A stretch of DNA of 42,730 nucleotides from Bugula neritina (lineage: Eukaryota > Animalia > Bryozoa): NCBI GenBank assembly GCA_964035545.1, contig CAXIUT010000303.1, positions 1 to 42,730 of the forward strand, written 5' to 3'. The notes beneath the pieces were generated by a model, which saw only the letters and a program-made list of their open reading frames with translations, searched no databases and was not told the origin of the DNA. The position numbers and the translations under genes are program-made. Shown piece after piece: positions 37,822 to 42,730 of this stretch. Positions within the stretch are counted from its first letter, which is position 1; the number at the start of each line of letters is the position of its first letter.

Positions 37822-40800
37822 TCATTGGGTTCTAAATAACATCTCAACTATTTATTTTAACTGTTTATTTATTCCTTTCCATGATTAGGCAGAGTTCTAG
37901 CAGCCTTAGCAAAAAGTACAACGAGTGCAGTAGACTCTGTTTCCCATCAGGTTAAGACATTCTTTTAACAATCTTTCTGTCAATCCTATCTTTTTTATTG
38001 ATTATCCTCCAATAATAACTATTTGTCCCAGTAAAATATCATTAACTAGTTTTCTGAAGAACATTCCCATTCTCTATCGTTCATAGTCTTTGACTAAAGG
38101 TTCTTTGACTGCTTCACTGAGGATGGTTTCTTTTAGATTATCTAGAATGAAGAAGAAATGTCTAAATTTTAATATTTGTACCTGAAGTATTCTTTGTAAT
38201 AGATTTGATCGAATTCTATGAGTTTGAAATAGATCTTACTTCTAAAGGCAAGTATTTCATATTGATGTCTGATCAATCCAGGCAGAAACTTTTGTTCGCC
38301 ATAAAATCCATTTTTCCAAAGGTTGTTTCTGAGTTATAGATCATCATTCAAATCTGAAACAAAGTTATAAATCGGTGTTAGCTCTTTTAAAAGATTCAAA
38401 TAAATCTAAGTATCAAACTAATTACTTTTTCAGTTATGCTTTAAGGATACTTTTGAAAAATAGTTTGCATTTTATTGAGAAAAGTTTGTAAAGCAAAACA
38501 CTTAGCTTCATGATTACTTTCAAGTAAATCTTTACTACGATTCCATGATTCAACTGAAGACAACTAAATAGGTAGAGTTTTCTTTAGAAGACTTTGTACA
38601 AAACAAAGATAAACCTACCAATCACATTCTTCAAAATTAGGGGCTATCTTTTATAAAAGTTGATTCATTGCCTTCAAGCTGAGTTCTATCAATAAAATAA
38701 GAGAATGATTGAGTATACAGTTCTCATATATCTTAAACACATCTTAAAGAAACAATCTAAAGTCAGAGTAGTAAAGAACGATGAGTTCATTGATTGATCT
38801 AAAGAGTTCAGTGAAGGAAAAGTTCAACCATTTTTAGAGTTATTCTTTTTTCAAAGGTTTTGATTGAGAAGTATAGGTGATTTATTCGAAAGCTGGTCTT
38901 AAGACTCCTTGTAATACCATTTTCCAAAACTCATATCTAAATAACTTGCCATACTTCATCAGAATATCAAATAAAGTTTTGATAGCTGGCTATTGAATTT
39001 TACTTCTTGAGTCTCCACACATTGGAAAGATGATATTTAGTAAAGGCAAAAAGATAGTTTGCCAGAAGTTAATATCAGCTTGTTTATTTTATTATGAGTC
39101 AATACTTTTATCAAGGTTGATAGATAATTGATGATGATAGTATTCAATTATTGACTGAACTATTTGTAGACATCCTAGTCCATAGCTCTATTCTCTTTAT
39201 CTAGTTAACTTGGATAAGATTTGTACAATATCATTGTAGTTTTATTCAAGATTTAATATACTGAACTTACTTTAATGTATCTTTTTTATTATTCCATAAG
39301 CTTTTTACTTTATGACTTGATCTTCTTATTCTTAAAAACAATAACTAATCACTGATAAAATATTTTTCCATCCAGTTTTCAATGATTGATGATGATTACT
39401 AACAAAATAACTAAGAGATCCAACCATTAGTTCTTTTACAGCATAAGATTTCGAAGAGATAAAGATTTATTCGAAAGGTTTGAAGTATTATTTTTGGAGA
39501 TTGATCAGATCTTTTCTTTTTAAGAACTTAGTTACTATTTGTTTAAGAAAGTCAGCTGCAAACAAAGAAACTTTTTCATTTTTATGTCTTCCTAATTAGA
39601 TATAGTAATCTCTTAACTAACTCCATATAATATTAAGAATTTCAAGACTTCTATTAGCATTCAACTCTAACACTTCATTGATCTTTTCCAAACAAAATGA
39701 ACTACCAGTATCACTAGTTTCATCTCTACTGACATTTAGTAAAGCTCTTAAAAAGCTGATCAAATTATTGAGTTGTAATTTTGATGTCTTTTGAATCAAG
39801 TGCTAGATATAAGAGTCAAATAAGAAACATTTGTTCTAAATAAGAGTGATAGCTGTTTGCTTTTTACCTCCTCCTTGATCTTTTCGAATAGACTTAGAAC
39901 GATTGAATCTTCCAATAAGAAAAATAACAGTTTTCCATTGTTCATTGATATGCTATGAAAACTTACGTGTCCATTCAAACATAGCTTCCATCAGTAAATA
40001 CTTTTTTCCAACTGTTGATCTTTGCATTTCTTCCCAAACTTTTTATATTCCTCTTTCGATTATTTTAGGTACCATATATTAATGTCCTAGTTTTAAAGCT
40101 GACTCTAAAAACTCTAGACACTTGATTGTTTCTTATTTGTCTCTTTCTTCAAGATCTTTAATCTTCCAGCAAAGCATATCTATAATCTGAGAAACAAATT
40201 CTTCAACAAATATTGGAAGAGGATAAAGATGAGAATGAGATAATTCTTGAATTGGTCCTTCTTCTAAAGTTTATATAATTTCAAGAGCTTATCTTTACTG
40301 ATCTTTAAGGTAAATTTATTGTGCCTTTTTAGGATTAGTGTTAAAAGCTATGTTGACTTCCATTTCTTTGAGTTTTTAGTGAACTCCTAAAGGCTTTTTT
40401 TGAACACTATTATAAATATTTTACAAAAACTAAGGATGAAACTAAACATCAGGACCTCCATTCATTCCTTTGGATAGTTTAGAAAATGAAGCTAAATTCA
40501 TTTTTTCTACAACTTGAGGATTGTGAAGATTGCTTTGTAGCATCATGAGAAGATAGGAAAAAGAATAGACTGCATCTGAATTAGCAAAAGTAGTATTGTT
40601 TTCTTTATTTTGTTCAAAGAAAGTAACTCCAAAAGTATCAATAATTCTGTCAACTACTTGAGACTATCCAGGTAAAGTAAAACTTTTCAATATTATTCTC
40701 ATAGCTTCATCTAGAGGTTAGTTTTTTAAATTCATTTGACCAATGTAATGTTTTCTTATTTTACCTGCATACTCGTCTATATCTCCAATGAGTTGACCAA

Positions 40801-42614
40801 TATTGGTTAAGTTAAGTATTTTAAGATTTTAATGAATGTATTTTGCTAGTTATTAAGGTTATTTAGGAAAGAGTCCTTCATTGACTAACTTTTTTGTTAC
40901 CTTTAAAGGTTTTTCAGCTTTATTAAATCTCTAAACACTATTTCTAACTATATTTAGTTTATTTTTCTCAACAACTAACTTTTAAGCTTATAATCTAGGC
41001 ATTTTTCTATCAGTTTCTTGTAAAAACTTCAATAAAGTCAGACATAACTCCATTGATGTTTTTCTACCATGAATATCTTCTGGAGGAGGTATTGATATTC
41101 CTTAAGGAAGAGTAATACCAATATAAACTTGTCTAATAGCATCAATTAATTATCTAGCAACATCAGAATGATCTGGTGAACAATCAAGAGTCATTATAAT
41201 ATCAAAAAGAAGACGATTATTTATTAGCTATTTGATAAATTTAAGTATCTAATCTCTAATATGGTTTGATGTGATGAAGTAAGTAAGTTTTCTAGCAAAT
41301 ATTTTCAAAATGACTTCAGTTTAATCCAAAAATATTCTCATTTGAAGAAACTTTCTCAAAGCAGCCATACAAGGTAAGAAAGCTTCAGATTCAGAATATA
41401 TATTAACCATCACGTATCTTACTAGTATCCTTAACTCTAAATACATTTTAGGACTCAACTTATCAACTATTTTTTTCAATTAAGAAGTCATCAATACGAA
41501 TATTTCAGAAAAACAAACTCTCTTTTTGACTTCAGCTAAAGTCAAATATCTTTGGAACAATCTGAAGATACAGATAATATGATCTTCAAATACTTTGAAA
41601 GATCTTTATTCTTCTCCAATAAACTTTTCTAAAGATACTTAATAAAGATAGTTTTACATATTTAATCAGCCACAGTTTGTTTGCATTAATAAGAACAAAC
41701 TGGCAATCGATTGACTGAACAATAAAACCCTGCAGCTCTTCTACAATTAGTACACCATCCAAATTTACCAGCCACTATTCCTTTTTCATTGATTTATTGA
41801 CTCTTTTTGAGTTGAAATGTTTCCAAACTAAACTAAGGAGGAATAATGGGATAATCTCTTACTTCTAATCTTTTTTCAATATCAATTCTAATAGCAACTG
41901 CATCTGCAATAGTTTGTCCATATTTGTGAGTTAAACTTCTCACTGATATACAGTTGTCATCATTTAAAAACTTTTGATCATGTACTTCTCTGTATGATTA
42001 TAAAGAGTGTCTGAACATTTACAAGAAAATAGATTTTACCATTTTTTATTCTTCTTAAAGACGAATACTAGCCATACAATCGAGAAGATAGTCAAAAATT
42101 TTAGGTAAAAGTTGAATAGAAATACTGTTTTGATCTAATCTCCAAATCAGACTAATAGATTTAGCTACAATCAAATTTAGACCATCATCTTTTTCTCCTA
42201 AATTAATCACAGTTTCAATGTATATTTCTTTGAAGGACTTATTTCCATAGTCATCAAATGACAATAACAAAAACTCTTTATGTTCATCCTTCAGTAACTT
42301 AAGACTTCCCCAAAGATCTTCATTAGGTGATATCAAATTATAAGAAAACATTTTTTGAACAGCTGCTATGACTGGAGGATATATTTTCGGAGTCTTGCTT
42401 CCTAACAATACGATCATGACTAGTAAGTAGTTAGCTGGTTCTATTCGTCCGTAAACTTATTTAGATAAAAAATCTTGATAGTATTAGAAGTACTTTCAAC
42501 AGTGTCAATGAGTTCTTTGATTATGTTGTATTTCTTGATTCCTATTTTTTTGACTCTTCTGAAGATATCTGTCAAAGTTTCCATGTAGATTTGAAAATAA
42601 TCTTATCCTGACAT
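37822..42614 (-). CDS. SEC7: Large Sec7-domain ArfGEF (BIG/GBF class)
   Basis: FTLPG[TAG=E]SQVVDRIIDTF, DAVYSFSYLLMMLQSNLHNPQV, NGGPDV, LKTGWKNIL. 20-nt introns at 42474-42493, 41638-41657, 38406-38425 and 38162-38181. Spliced length is 1571 codons (middle part not translated base by base). Confidence 0.93.
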
Positions 42615-42655
42615 TTTGATATTCTTAAATAAGTTAATAATGTAAGACTTTAATA

Positions 42656-42730
42656 GGGGTTGGGGTTGGGGTTGGGGTTGGGGTTGGGGTTGGGGTTGGG
42701 GTTGGGGTTGGGGTTGGGGTTGGGGTTGGG
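42656..42730. repeat. Right telomere, (GGGGTT)n
   Basis: Tandem G4T2 to the end of the window. Confidence 0.98.

Noticed and set aside
40053-40072. 20-nt GTA...AAG look-alike intron in Sec7
   Set aside because: The frame reads through unspliced, and position +15 is C.

Overview
AT-rich ciliate macronuclear DNA with C4A2 telomeres. The supplied ORF track uses the wrong genetic code. TAA and TAG encode Glu here (peritrich-type code, NCBI table 30) and TGA is the only stop; invariant Glu positions such as the Sec7 catalytic finger FTLPG[TAG]SQ show this. Re-read in this code, the window is densely packed with about 29 genes: LKR, SDR/KCR, dynein p28, A20/AN1 zinc finger, beta-adaptin, FHA protein, ACOT9-like thioesterase, pseudokinase, two SLC35B transporters, NTMT1, B-box/SPRY, YjbQ, GH18, CENP-B-type HTH, DUF1765, ADP-ribosylglycohydrolase, GAPDH, Myb and a Sec7 ArfGEF, among others. 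The strongest hidden signal is a rigid intron grammar. Of 33 inferred introns, 30 are exactly 20 nt, all 33 start GTA, and all 33 have A at position +15 (GTA-N11-A-N3-AG). In addition, 25 of 28 inferred stops are TGA-T. Two internal G-strand telomere tracts split the window into a complete ~8 kb telomere-to-telomere chromosome and two pieces with only a right-hand telomere. Together with scattered homopolymer and dinucleotide indels, this suggests a chimeric, unpolished long read or a telomere-primed fusion. All translations and counts were done by hand.
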